Assembly (NCBI GenBank): GCA_013265495.1
Contig: MU063101.1
Span: 3,458,276-3,522,275, forward strand
Source of the DNA: Vicugna vicugna
Lineage: Eukaryota
Direction: 5' to 3'
Length of the DNA: 64,000 nucleotides
Shown: one piece after another, positions 36,048 through 48,356 of the stretch
How positions within the stretch are numbered: position 1 is the stretch's first letter
Layout of the letters: each line of letters opens with the position of its first letter
The notes under the pieces: model-generated
Databases searched by the model: none
Told to the model about the DNA's origin: nothing
What the model saw: only the letters and a program-made list of their open reading frames with translations
Translations under genes and position numbers: made by a program

Positions 36048-37289
36048 TATGATGTAAACTCCTAGGAAGCCCAAATTCTTTTTCTTGTCTTATCATCAGT
36101 GCCTGGTATGGTGGCAGGTCCATAGTGGACTAATGGGTATGAGAAAGGAAGAGAGGGTTGAAGGGAGGAAGAATTTCAGCTTAAAAAAAAAAAAAAGAAT
36201 CTAGGCACATATCTCTCTGGTGATTTCTAAACATCTCATGAAGATGAAGCAAATACTTAAAGCATATACTTAAGTGTTTGTAACTCACATTGTCATGTCA
36301 TTATGAACAGTAAGACACTGAGTTTGCAGCTTCTTGAAAATCAGGTAGGTCACGACTTCATCAAAACTAGAATGTTCATGTTCTGGCTGCTCATTACTTC
36401 ATCTGTTTACTACTAGCAGGTGCTAATGTGATTGTCTGTAAGCCTAACAACTGGGAATTTTTTAAGCAGAAAATATTTTAATTACACAGGTGTGTCCAAA
36501 TTTTGCACACCCAAGTAGAAGAATTTGGACAAAAGATTATGAATTCTTAAGCACCGTAAGATTAGTAGTCGGAGTTAACAACCAGACAATTAACACGTTA
36601 AAAAAAAAAAGTGTGAATCACACACAGATGTTATTTTCCAGAAACACTGCTTACAAAGGTAATTGCTCACAAATTTGAGAGTTTAAAGCAGGTATCACAG
36701 GATTTCAAATTTTAAGGGTGTGTATGTGTTCAAAGTCTTAAGAATATCCAAGGGATGTATGCATAATTACCTGAAATTGAAACTACTGTAGTTTAAACAC
36801 TTGCTGAAAGGAAGACCTTTTATTTCATCTTCTCTATGGGCTGGTAGGGGGGAAAAAATCAACAACAACTAACAACAAAAACTTTTAACGTTCAATATGT
36901 AGATTTGCAAAATGTGAGTTAGCATCAGAGGAGTGAAGTTCTTTGATGGTTGCTGCCGGTCCTCTGAGGAATTGGCCCTCATTCTGGAAGAATGGTACAA
37001 GACACCTGGTGAAAAGGCCCCAGACAGTTCTTTAGACATTTTCTTTTTATTTATATTAACTTAAGAGAAAGTATTAGGGGAAAAGTGGAATTCCGTGTAA
37101 GTATGCCTGGATGAGAAACTAGGCAAGGTAGATGCCAGAGCAAGTGATTCAGCAACAAATTGCAACAGCAAATTCTGAACAAGTTTGGCAGGACAGCCCA
37201 ACAAGACAGAACAAAATTGTTCAAGCCTCTGTCAAGATGCGGGTTTTAGTTCATTGCCGCAGCAAGGAAATTGATCTTTCTTTCTCTCA

Positions 37290-37470
37290 ATTTGTGATCT
37301 ACACCAAGTCTACTCTGGGTTTAATTCCCAGCTGTAACACTTGGCACCAAGTGGCCATGGCGTGATCTCGTCAACTCTGTTTCAGTTTCTTCATCTCTCA
37401 AATGGCTCCAAACTACCGTCCTTGCAGGGTTGTGTGAGGGAGGATTAAATTAGAGTCATTTAAGGTCAGT
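37290..37470 (+). mobile_element. MIR fragment
   Basis: TGGGTTTAATTCCCAGCTG ... CTCTGTTTCAGTTTCTTCATCTCTCAAATGG ... GGGTTGTGTGAGGGAGGATTAAATTAG. Confidence 0.75.
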
Positions 37471-38239
37471 CATGTCTCTGGAGCATCTGGCGTGGAGTAA
37501 GACCTCAGGAAGTAGTAGGTATGTTCCTGGGTATCTGGAGATGTTTTGAAATATAGGTTTTATTATTACTTAGGGATGGTAAAACCAACAGATCAGAAGG
37601 CAAACACCATCGCAAAGACAGTTTGAGATGCTCAGTAGATCTTGAGAATAGGACAGGCTGTGGCATGGAGGCCACTTGGGGAAGCACCACGGTCAGCCAG
37701 GAGGCAGAGGGACAGAGTGGAACTGTGGACAAGAGCATTTACTGTGGTTTCTTCGGGAAGGAACAGGTGAGGCAGGGCGAGCACACTTAGGATTGGCTGG
37801 TCTGAATAACTTTCAGCAGGCCCTGGGCGATAGGGGTTGCCCCTAGTTGTCCAGTGTCTGGCCCGGGAGTGATTAAGGCAGAGGGAAAGTGGCCAGGAAT
37901 GTGAGAGCCTGATAAAGAAGGTGACTGGGAGTACAGGTTCAGGACTGGTTGATTTGCCTTTGAAAGCCATGGGTAGAGTCTTTGCAGTCTCTAAGAACTG
38001 ACTGACCCTGGGAGGGGCAGTCCCTCCAGGGTCAACAAGGGCTGGAGGTCAGAGCATCAGAATACAGAAAAGTAAATTATGTGGTTAGTATAGAAGAGAA
38101 CCAAGCAGGGACTTCTGAAGTTTAAATATATGTATTTTGGGATTTTATGGCTGAGGAGAGCAAAAAAATTGAATGAGGAGAGCTGGAAAGAAGGGGATAA
38201 TCAGACACATTTTCAAAATACCTGGGACAACAAAGTACC

Positions 38240-38593
38240 ACATCCAGTTGGTATCCATGGAGATTGGTTCCAGGACCCCCTGCAGATACCAAAATCCTCA
38301 AAGGATGCTCAAGTCCCTTGAAGAAAATGGCATAGTATGTGCATACANNNNNNNNNNNNNNNNNNNNNNNNNNNNNNNNNNNNNNNNNNNNNNNNNNNNN
38401 NNNNNNNNNNNNNNNNNNNNNNNNNNNNNNNNNNNNNNNNNNNNNNNNNNNNNNNNNNNNNNNNNNNNNNNNNNNNNNNNNNNNNNNNNNNNNNNNNNNN
38501 NNNNNNNNNNAATTTTTTTTTTTCCAAATATTTTTCCAGCCGTGTTTGGTTGCATCTGTGGATGTGGAATCTGGAGATACGGAGGGCTGACTG
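38240..38593 (+). mobile_element. MER2 (TcMar-Tigger) DNA transposon with N-masked interior
   Basis: GTATCCATGGAGATTGGTTCCAGGACCCCCTGCAGATACCAAAATCC ... GGATGCTCAAGTCCCTT [N 38348-38510] GGTTGCATCTGTGGATGTGGAATCTGGAGATACGGAGGGCTGACTG, then TA. Confidence 0.85.
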
Positions 38594-38869
38594 TATTGAG
38601 AAAAGGGCAGAGAAGCAAGACCAGGAAGTACAGTTTTCAGTTGGAAAAAAGCGATGCTTAGAAAGGGGGCTGAAGGTGAGGGAAACAAGTCAGTCCTTTT
38701 GTTCTTAGAAAAGTTAGGAGGTGGCCTCAGTCCCACTTTTAAGTGCGGCTGCAGAAGAACCTTAGATGGAATCACTAGACCGACGGGGTCAAGGCCCTGC
38801 TTAGAACCCTCTAATGGCACCCCACTGCACCTACTTGGACATGTCCCAACTCCTTACTGTGATCACATG

Positions 38870-39335
38870 GCCTTAGCCTGACCGCTCCTACCTCTGCTGC
38901 ACCACCTTCAACTTCCTCCAGCTTCTCAGCTCCCAGCCTCGCTGTCCTCTCAGTTCTTTGGATACACCAGATTTGCCTATTCCCCCTTCTGGACCCTCAC
39001 CCGAATCTCCTTGTTCCACTGTGCTAGTCCTTCTGAGCTTTCTATGGTAGAGTGCTTTTTATAATTCAGATCTCAGTTTAATTGTCACTGCTGGTGGTGA
39101 TTTTCTTTAACTCCCCAGTCTACAAAAGCCAGCCCTTTGAATTCTCTGCATTGTGCTTATTACTCTCTGTTGTTTTGTTGTTTATTTATTTGCTTCTCGT
39201 CTGTATTTTTCTACTATAACTTAACTTCTAGGAAAACAGGGACCTGGGTCGTGTTCACTGCCATAGTTCCAGGGCCTGGATGTGTGCCCAGGACACACCA
39301 GGAACTCGGCATTTATTGAATGAATGAATGAACTG
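38870..39335 (+). mobile_element. L2a 3' end
   Basis: TCAGATCTCAGTTTAATTGTCAC ... AACAGGGACCTGGGTCGTGTTCACTGCCATAGTTCCAGGGCCTGG ... TTTATTGAATGAATGAATGAA. Confidence 0.8.
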
Positions 39336-42300
39336 CCTGAAAACACACCATTCTTCACTCTGCCTCCAGCCTGCTCAAGAGCAATTTCCTAAAGGGGCTC
39401 TGAAAATTATAAAGGAAACCGTGCATAGACTCTGGCCCCAGNNNNNNNNNNNNNNNNNNNNNNNNNNNNNNNNNNNNNNNNNNNNNNNNNNNNNNNNNNN
39501 NNNNNNNNNNNNNNNNNNNNNNNNNNNNNNNNNNNNNNNNNNNNNNNNNNNNNNNNNNNNNNNNNNNNNNNNNNNNNNNNNNNNNNNNNNNNNNNNNNNN
39601 NNNNNNNNNNNNNCCACNNNNNNNNNNNNNNNNNNNNNNNNNNNNNNNNNNNNNNNNNNNNNNNNNNNNNNNNNNNNNNNNNNNNNNNNNNNNNNNNNNN
39701 NNNNNNNNNNNNNNNNNNNNNNNNNNNNNNNNNNNNNNNNNNNNNNNNNNNNNNNNNNNNNNNNNNNNNNNNNNNNNNNNNNNNNNNNNNNNNNNNNNNN
39801 NNNNNNNNNNNNNNNNNNNNNNNNNNNNNTATATCACACCTGCTATTAAGAGACAGTGGTGATACCCGTGATCATATCTGAGACTTGTACACAAGACCGG
39901 GGCACTCAGGTGCTGGAAGGAAAAAAAAAAAAAAAAAGAGGACTCTCCGTCTTACCCAGGTTACAAAGAGGAGGGGCAGGGTGGCTGATGAGTCCCTCAG
40001 AGCCTGCCTCTCCCCGTGTCTCCTTGCAGGGCAAATCTTTTCATATTTAACAAGCCACTGAGCAGAGCAGAGCAAAAGATAGCACCCAGTATTAAACGCA
40101 TGCTCAATCTAGTTTTATTTCTTTAAATTTACTCAGTCGAGAAAAATTTGTGGAGTGCGAATTCTCCTCATGCTAGGTGACTTTTTAATCCTGCTGCTTG
40201 AGTCAGGATTTATTTCTCCCTCCCGGGCTCTGCTCGTCCTCTTGGGGGCGGGTGGAAGCTACCCTTGCTCTTTGAAGAGGGTCCGCTTGGGAGGGGCTTC
40301 GGACTGCTGGGATTGGGGTGGAACCCGGGGAGCTTTGGGATTTGGGGCCGGCTTTGACCCGTAATTATTTCTGACTGCGGAGTCCGTGCCAGGCGGCTGC
40401 TGCCAGGTGCTTTTGTAGATTTCTTTGCTTTTGCAATAAGAGAAGTGGCATTGAGAACATGGTCTAAATTCACCTGGCAAAGGAGCTGCTGGAGTGGGGG
40501 CTGTTCACGCGAGGCCGAGAACAGCCAGATGAGCCCTAGCCTGTTTGTTCAAGATGGAAGCTGTCAGTTCTGAGAGTCTCAGTGGGAGCAGTGTTTGGAG
40601 GCATGGATGCCCCTGGTCCACGGAGCCACCGTGCAGGGGCAAGATGTTCTGCACCTAGGAAGGTGGACCCGATGGGTCCACCAGAGAGTACCACCAAAAG
40701 GCACCAGTCTGAGGGCTGGTTCCCACTTCTACCTGCTGTTAGGCACCGTCCCCTCGACAAGTCACGTTACCTCTGGTCCCACATCTCATCATACGAATAC
40801 TCAACACTGGTATCAGTAATAGCTACGCATTAGGTTGTCATCAGGAGCCAACGAAACTGTGCACTTGAGACAGTTATATAAACTCCAAAGTGATATAAGG
40901 ACATTGTGGAAGTATTTCTTTTTATTTTAATTATGTTTTTCCTCCAAGAGTGATAGCTTTGGGTCAAGCATGTCAAACTTAGCTCATCAAGTTAAAAAAA
41001 AAAAAAAGAACAAATAAACAAACAAAAAGACACCCAAAAAACAAACTTTGCTCATCAGTGAGTTCCTATGTGATCCTGAGCAAGATATTTAGCTTTTCTG
41101 AGCCTTGGTTTACTTAGTAATACAATGGGAATAGTAATAGTGGTGGAAAAATGCATGTGTATGTGCATATATGTATGTGTGTGTGTATATGCATGTGTAG
41201 ATAGATATATATAATAGACATATATACACACACGTAAAATATATGCAATACACGTGTGTGTGCATCTGTAGCCGGGCACCTAATCTGGTTTGGTTAAAGT
41301 GTCTGGGTCTGGATTGCTACTGTTACTACGATTTTTATCACTATGGCTGTGTCAGCATTGCAAGTAAAGGGGACCACTTCCCCCCTCAAAAAAATTGCTG
41401 TGTATTATTTAACTGGGACCTCATTAAACGGATTAGCCAGGTATAGATGGAGGCTATTCTGGACTCACTTCAGGGATACAAGGAAAAGAGGAGGAGTCAG
41501 ATGCCTGGTAAACACATGGATTGAAGAGCACTGCCGGGGGCGGTTAGCAACGCCGAAGTCAAACCCTTTCTCCATCCTGCGTGAGCTCAGTAACCTTGAA
41601 CGAATGACTTCCCTGCTAAGCCTCAGTTTCTTTATCTCTCAGACGGAGGTCATTACATTTCCTTCCTCCCACCCAAGGCTGTTGTAAGGAAGACATGAGA
41701 CGCCTATAGCGTGGCACATAAAATAAATATAAATAAAATACCGGCTAGACAGAGGGAAAGAGCGAGAGAGAAAAACAGAAATGAAAAAGTTTCTGAACAA
41801 GTTACATCTAGAGTTTTCACTGTAACAGATGCTTCTTTGACCAGTTCCTTGGATCTTCTCGCAATTGTCCATTTAGGTCAGATGCACTGGGCCTTAATTT
41901 TTCCTCTCAGGTCCCAGAAAGACCCACCAAACCTCAACGTGTGAATCAAACTGTCTGCAGTATCTCAGTAAGTTGGCAGGAGACCTGTCTCCCAAAGTCA
42001 TCTTTTGCGGGGCAGGGGCAGCTTTAAGTCATCAGTGGTTCTTGAATTGGTCCCTGGTTCATCCCGCAAACCTTCCCAATCTCTTGTCGAGTGTCCATAC
42101 CTGTAAACCAAGGTGTGTGGCTTCACACCACTGGTTTTGTGGGCTGAGAGGTGTTTCTGTACTTCTCACTGGGCTGACAAAATGCTGGTAGGACATTCTC
42201 ATCTCTTGACTCATCAGTACTCCCTCTTGGAGGGCTTCCTGTGTGACAGGTGCGGGAGCTCCAGGGAGGAATTTATCTCCTGGAAGTGCAGTTTCCTGCC

Positions 42301-42667
42301 GAGGAAGTTCGGGGTTAATGCCATGCAGATCAAAGTTCTGTGCCCAGGGGCACAGACTGTCCTATTCCCATCACCCCCGTCCACCTCCCTCCAGTTCAGG
42401 GCCTTCTTCTGAAGCCCATGAATAGAACACTGACTCTCCAGCTTCCCCAGCACCACGGACGGCACACGTGGAGGATGTAGATGGCCTGTTATCGCTGACC
42501 CTTGCGAAACAGGGCCACCCTTGGTGCTGAGGCCCTAGAACACAGGACAAAACTGAGAGCAGGCCTAGGGAGAGGGGACTGGCTTGCACTTCTCCAGGCC
42601 AGGCCACGGCCTTGGGTCCTCATCTCTCATGAGTTCCCCACTAAGAAACTCAAGAGTTAAGAAAAAG

Positions 42668-43223
42668 NNNNNNNNNNNNNNNNNNNNNNNNNNNNNNNNN
42701 NNNNNNNNNNNNNNNNNNNNNNNNNNNNNNNNNNNNNNNNNNNNNNNNNNNNNNNNNNNNNNNNNNNNNNNNNNNNNNNNNNNNNNNNNNNNNNNNNNNN
42801 NNNNNNNNNNNNNNNNNNNNNNNNNNNNNNNNNNNNNNNNNNNNNNNNNNNNNNNNNNNNNNNNNNNNNNNNNNNNNNNNNNNNNNNNNNNNNNNNNNNN
42901 NNNNNNNNNNNNCAGAAACAGACTTACAGACATAGAAAACAAAATTATGGTTACCAGTGGGGGAAGAGAGTGGGAAGGGATAAATTGGGAGTTCAAGATT
43001 TGCAGATCCTAACTACTATATATAAAACAGATAAACAGCAAGTTTATACTGTGCAGCACAGGGAACCATATTCAGTATCTTGTAGTAACCTATGGTGAAG
43101 AAGAGTATGAGAACGAATGTATGTAGGCTCCTATGTGACTGAAGCATTGTGCTGTACACCAGAAGCTGACACCACGTTGTAAACGGACTGTACTTCAATA
43201 AAATATATATTAAAAAAGAAAGA
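42668..43223 (+). mobile_element. Young camelid-type 5'-truncated L1 (5' part hidden by N-run) with TSD
   Basis: Visible from 42913: CAGAAACAGACTTACAGACATAGAAAACAAAATTATGGTTACC ... GGGATAAATTGGGAGTTCAAGATTTGCAGAT ... TGTACTTCAATAAAA. Direct repeat AAGAAAAAG at 42659-42667 and 43224-43232, preceded by TT. Confidence 0.8.
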
Positions 43224-44724
43224 AAGAAAAAGAGAGACCTGCACATGAGCTGCACTTGAGCCTGTGCTGGGGAAGCTGTCTGTCGACCTTGGCTGGGTCT
43301 CAGGGTCCTTCCCTGACCTCCTGCAAAGCAGGTCTCCCCAGGGAGCTGTGGAGCGGAGGCAAAGGCGTTACTTTCTGCTTCCTGTTTCCCTATAACTCAT
43401 CCCAGGAGCCACCTTCCGAGCCTCTGGGAAAAGAAGATTCTCTCCCAGGAACAGTGCTTCCGGGCAGATCTGGGTATTACTTATGGTTTAAAGAAAGCGC
43501 CTTTTCCACAGTCCCACGCACGTGTCCGTTCAGGCATTTATCCACACACGCAGGCAGGGCGAGGCCTCCTTCCAAAACCAGTGTTTGTGGATGAAGGTGT
43601 GGGGCGGACACGAGGCCGGTGACCGTGTGCACTCACCTGGAGCTGCTGCAGACTCCCTGCACGGCACGGTGCGTCCAAACCCGGGAAGGAGGAGTCGGGA
43701 GAGAGAGCCGAAGGAGGGAAGAAAGTGAGAGAAAGTCAGCAAGGAAGAGACCAGAGAAAGAGAAAATAAATCAACGCTGCAGACTGTTCAGTATCTTAGA
43801 TGCGTTGGCATCTGCTTGGATTGAGCTGTGTGGTTGGCTGATGGGGTGATCTTGAGGGAGACCATTCACTTTTCTGAGCCTCAGTTTCCCCCTTTTTACA
43901 GTAAAATGGGAACAATCCTTAAGGCACCGAATGTATAGAGTTGCTTTGAGATAAGCCCACAAAGAACTTTGGACAATGCCCAGCATACAGTCACTCATGG
44001 ATAAATATGAATCATGTTATTAGAGAGGGAGAAAGGGAGGAGGGGGGCGAAACAGAGGAAAAAGGAAATTGAGGGGGAGGGAGAGCGTGTAGTGTGAAAA
44101 ATAAAAGGGAGAGAGAAGAGAGATGGGAGGGAAGACGGAGAGAGGCTCCAGGCCGGCCGTCTGGATCCAGGTGGTTCTGCTTTTTCCAGCCCAGCCCAGG
44201 ATTCCCTGTCTAGGTCGTGGCTGGCATGCTTTATAAACAAACACCAAGAAGCGTTCGCTAAACAGAGGCTTCAAACACAGACACAGTGGGCAGGCTTCAC
44301 CGCCTTCACACAGTTCAGCTGGCCCGATAAAAGCGTTTCCTCGGTGCAGCTTTATGGCCCAGAAACCAAACTACAAAAACTATGATCCCATTTTCTGTTT
44401 TATAGCAAAATATAAATCAGTACTTTTATGTCTCTTTCACGAGTTTGGGAGCCCGAGCCACGGAGGAGTGCCATGCGTGGGTACCCCCACCTTACCCCGG
44501 GCTCCTTTCGGGTTTCATCCCCCCGCCTCCACCGTGTTAAATATTTCTGGTTGACAACTTAAAACAGGGAGAGGGCCGTGATTGCGCTTAGATCGCCACT
44601 TCCACATTGAGTGGATTTTATAATAAGAAGCCATTTTTCCCCCGCCAGGCTGCCCTTGGGCCCGCCTCTCTGACTTTGAGGTCCTCATTATTGTGGGTTT
44701 AAATGAAGGATGTTCATTCAGGCA

Positions 44725-44775
44725 GGGACGGGGGGGTGGNNNNNNNNNNNNTGGGGGGGTGGGGGTGGGGGGAGG
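44725..44775 (+). repeat. G-run tract (G-quadruplex-capable) with a 12-nt N-run
   Basis: GGGACGGGGGGGTGG-N12-TGGGGGGGTGGGGGTGGGGGGAGG. Confidence 0.7.
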
Positions 44776-47711
44776 CCACCAGGCGTCAGAGCTGTTATCA
44801 GGCCCTTCTATCAGGCCAAGTGACAGGCGTCCGGAGCAAGAATGCAGCNNNNNNNNNNNNNNNNNNNNNNNNNNNNNNNNNNNNNNNNNNNNNNNNNNNN
44901 NNNNNNNNNNNNNNNNNNNNNNNNNNNNNNNNNNNNNNNNNNNNNNNNNNNNNNNNNNNNNNNNNNNNNNNNNNNNNNNNNNNNNNNNATAATTTATTCC
45001 ACTCACATGTGGTGGTCAGATCCTGTTCACGAGAGGGTCAGCGAGCGTGGTGAGCGAGGTAAGGAGACAGGGGATTCTGGGCCCTTTGTCATTTATGTCG
45101 GCCCAGTCCTGAAATCGGAGATTCATAAAACATACAAACACACATGCGCACACAGACACACACACACACACTCACAGACGCACATCGCAGAGAGGGAACA
45201 AAGTGTACATAGAGATACCGTGTTGTTGTGCACCCAGCACAACTCTCTAGGTCAAATCTGATATGCGTTCGTTAGGAACAGTACATGTGAAACACTCAAG
45301 ACCTGTATGGACAGACTTGTCACCCACACGTGAGGGTCCCAGTGGGCGCCATCGCTGTTTGCGGGGTACCCGTCATCCCAGGCTCCCTGCGAGATCTCTT
45401 CCTACGGTGAACTTGATGAAGGAGGCGATCACACACATGAGAGTGGATACAACTACCGGGACCCGAACTTCTGCACAAGTGCTTCCAGCGCAGTGACTTC
45501 CTAGGCTCGGTGTCAGCGCTTTGGTGCCCACTGACCCCGGCCGAGCAGCGACGGCTGAATGTGTCATTGCAGAGCCGAGTTCCTATCTGTGGTGCTGTGT
45601 GTTACTGGGAGAAGTTTACCTTCTTAAAGCAGATGTCGTGGAGAGAACAGGGGCTTTGGAGCCAGACACAGGATCCTTTCTTATGATTAATGCAGCGAAG
45701 TCTCCCACCACCGCCAGTGGCATATTGCTTCATAAATGCCTATAAAAAATAGGGAAAACAGAGCCAGAGCGAATTCAGCATAGACCTTCCTGGGATGTTT
45801 ATTCTTTGTTTATGTTGGTGTTTGCTTTGCTTCGTTTCGGCTGGGGAGCAGTCGTGTTCTCTTCCCTCTCTGGTAGTTCACGGGCAATGAGTTAGGGCAT
45901 CTTAGGGCTCAGTGTCTGGAAGGTTCTGCCCGTAGCGGGTCTACACAGAGCACCAGCACCCTAGCCCAGTCCATCACTTCTCATTGACCCTGTCCTGTTT
46001 ACTCTGTCAGGGTGAAGGCACAGGCCAAGCTCGGCTAGTCAGGGTGTTACTTTGTCAGAGGCAGGCNNNNNNNNNNNNNNNNNNNNNNNNNNNNNNNNNN
46101 NNNNNNNNNNNNNNNNNNNNNNNNNNNNNNNNNNNNNNNNNNNNNNNNNNNNNNNNNNNNNNNNNNNNNNNNNNNNNNNNNNNNNNNNNNNNNNNNNNNN
46201 NNNNNNNNNNNNNNNNNNNNNNTTCATAATGTTTTCTGCTAGTTGCTCTCCTGTGAAAATCTCTGGGTCTAAGCAAATTAATGCCATTTTTATAACTATC
46301 TGCATTTCAGGTACAGTGATCTCCTTTGCAGACAGTATCCCCAGCAGCATAAACTAGCTCTCCCTCCCAGAAAAACGTTCAGGCAAGGCGGGGTCTTGCT
46401 GTAGTCCATTCTCAACTGTTTTTTTTTTTAAATGAGGCAAACAAATCCTCTGGTTTTCAGGGAAACATGCAATTGCAGACACATTTACTTTATTCATTTC
46501 TGGAAGCCAAGAGCTGAGTCTCCTCCCCATCTCTTCACTCCACCCCCACCTCAGCCAGGCCTTTTCCAGGCTTCAGTTCCTGAGAATTGAAGGAATTGGA
46601 AGATGGAGCTGCATTATTCCCATAAAAGATTGTGTTTTAAGTCCTTATTAGTTTGCAGAAATATTGTCTTTTGCCTCCATCTCGTCTGATAAGCTCCTTT
46701 GTTTAAGAACCACTGGGTATGTTTGTGTAGCATCTTATTTTTCAAGGTTTTTTTAAATCTAATTTGATTCCCATAACGGATCTGTGAGAGGTCTAAGTCA
46801 CACCATCTGGGCAATAGCCCCTATTTCGAAAATTTCCTAACAGCACAATTGCTGGGTAGCTGGAGTCTTGAAGACATGAGGGGGACTGGTTTCCTGAGTC
46901 TTGCCAGCTAACTGCAGCCCGACTTCAGAACACAAAGTGCTGATTTTATTTAATACAGTGAGCTAACCAGGCCCACGGTCACTGCGGTGCTTTAGTACCT
47001 CTGAACTGCCACCTCCCCGGCCGGCACAAATTATTAATTAAAACAAAGCCCTGTAATGCCGGGTCTGTGTCCTGTAGAATAAATCTTGCTCATAGTAGGC
47101 CCTGAATAAAGCCCACTTGAATGAATGAATGATGTCTCCATGTAGTAACCCTTTAACAGACTTGCTTATTTGCTCAAAAGAGACATTGAGCTGAGTATAG
47201 AGGATGAAATAAATTTCAGCTTCATCTGCAATATTTTATTCCACTACTTTTTTTTTTCAAAGGGAAGCCATGAAATAAATGAGACAAAATGCTAACAATT
47301 CCACCTGTGAGTGGTAGGGATAAGTGTGGTTATCGTATTATTCCTGGTGCTTTTTTCGTACATTTTAATTTCTCCCAAAACATGTACTTAATGGTGCGGG
47401 TCTGGGTTGGCCTGTACCTTTAAGACAGGTCAGACACTGGCTAACGGAGCAGAGGGAGGGACCTGACACCCACATGCACATATCATGCACTGGGCCCGAA
47501 CTAGGTGCCCTGCTAGCGTGCAGCATCTCATGGAATTCTTCCCGGGTCCTGGTACTCTCATCCTCTCCAACTTAAACACAGGGAAGCTGAGGCCCAGAAT
47601 GCCCGAGACACTTAGCCCAGGTTACACCAGTCAAAGGAGGCAGAGGTAAGGTTCAGTTTCAGGACCCAATGAATTGAAAATCCTTGCTCTTTTTTTTTTT
47701 CCTGCAAACAT

Positions 47712-48356
47712 TTAAAAAATTGAGGTGAAATTTTCATAACTTACAATGACCATTTAAAATATACAATTATTCTCTCAATTAAAAAAATCAAATGAAATTT
47801 AAAATCCAACAGCGTTTAGTAAATTTGCAGTGTTGAATAACCACCACCTGTCTGTAATTTCAAAACTGTCTCATCATCCCAGGAAAAGTGTCCCTTACCC
47901 ACTGAGTCATCACTCCTCCCCCCACCCCACCCCACCCCCGCCCTCTAATCTGCTTTTGGTGTCTATGGATTTGCCTATTCTGGACGTTTCTTACCAAAAC
48001 AGTCGTATGATACGTGACCTTTTGTGTGTGGCTTCTTTCGCTTAGCATAACGTTCTTGAGTTCATCTCAGCTGTAAAGTAAGTCAGTACTTCATTTCTTT
48101 AAATGGTGGAATAATTTTCCATTGTATGGATGTACCGCATTTCATCCATTGAGGGACGGTAGGGTTATTTCCGCCTTTTGGCTATTACAACGAACGCTGC
48201 TGTGAACAATTGTGTACAAGTTTCTGTGTGGACACCTGTTTTTATTTCTCTTGGGGATAAACTTAAGGGTGGGATTGCTGGGTCATAGGGTAAATCTGTG
48301 TTTAACTTTTTGAGGAACTGTCAAACTGTTTCCACAGCGGATGCCCCGTTTTACAC
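47712..48356 (-). mobile_element. L1MB-type 3' fragment
   Basis: TTGAGGTGAAATTTTCATAAC ... GTCTATGGATTTGCCTATTCTGGAC ... TTTGAGGAACTGTCAAACTGTTTCCACAGCGG. ORF 47860-48048(-) MLSERSHTQK is the typical translation of the L1 3' end. Confidence 0.9.

Noticed and set aside
38122-38820. 232-aa ORF, the longest in the track
   Set aside because: It spans 163 N and a MER2 transposon relic, with no protein homology recognised.
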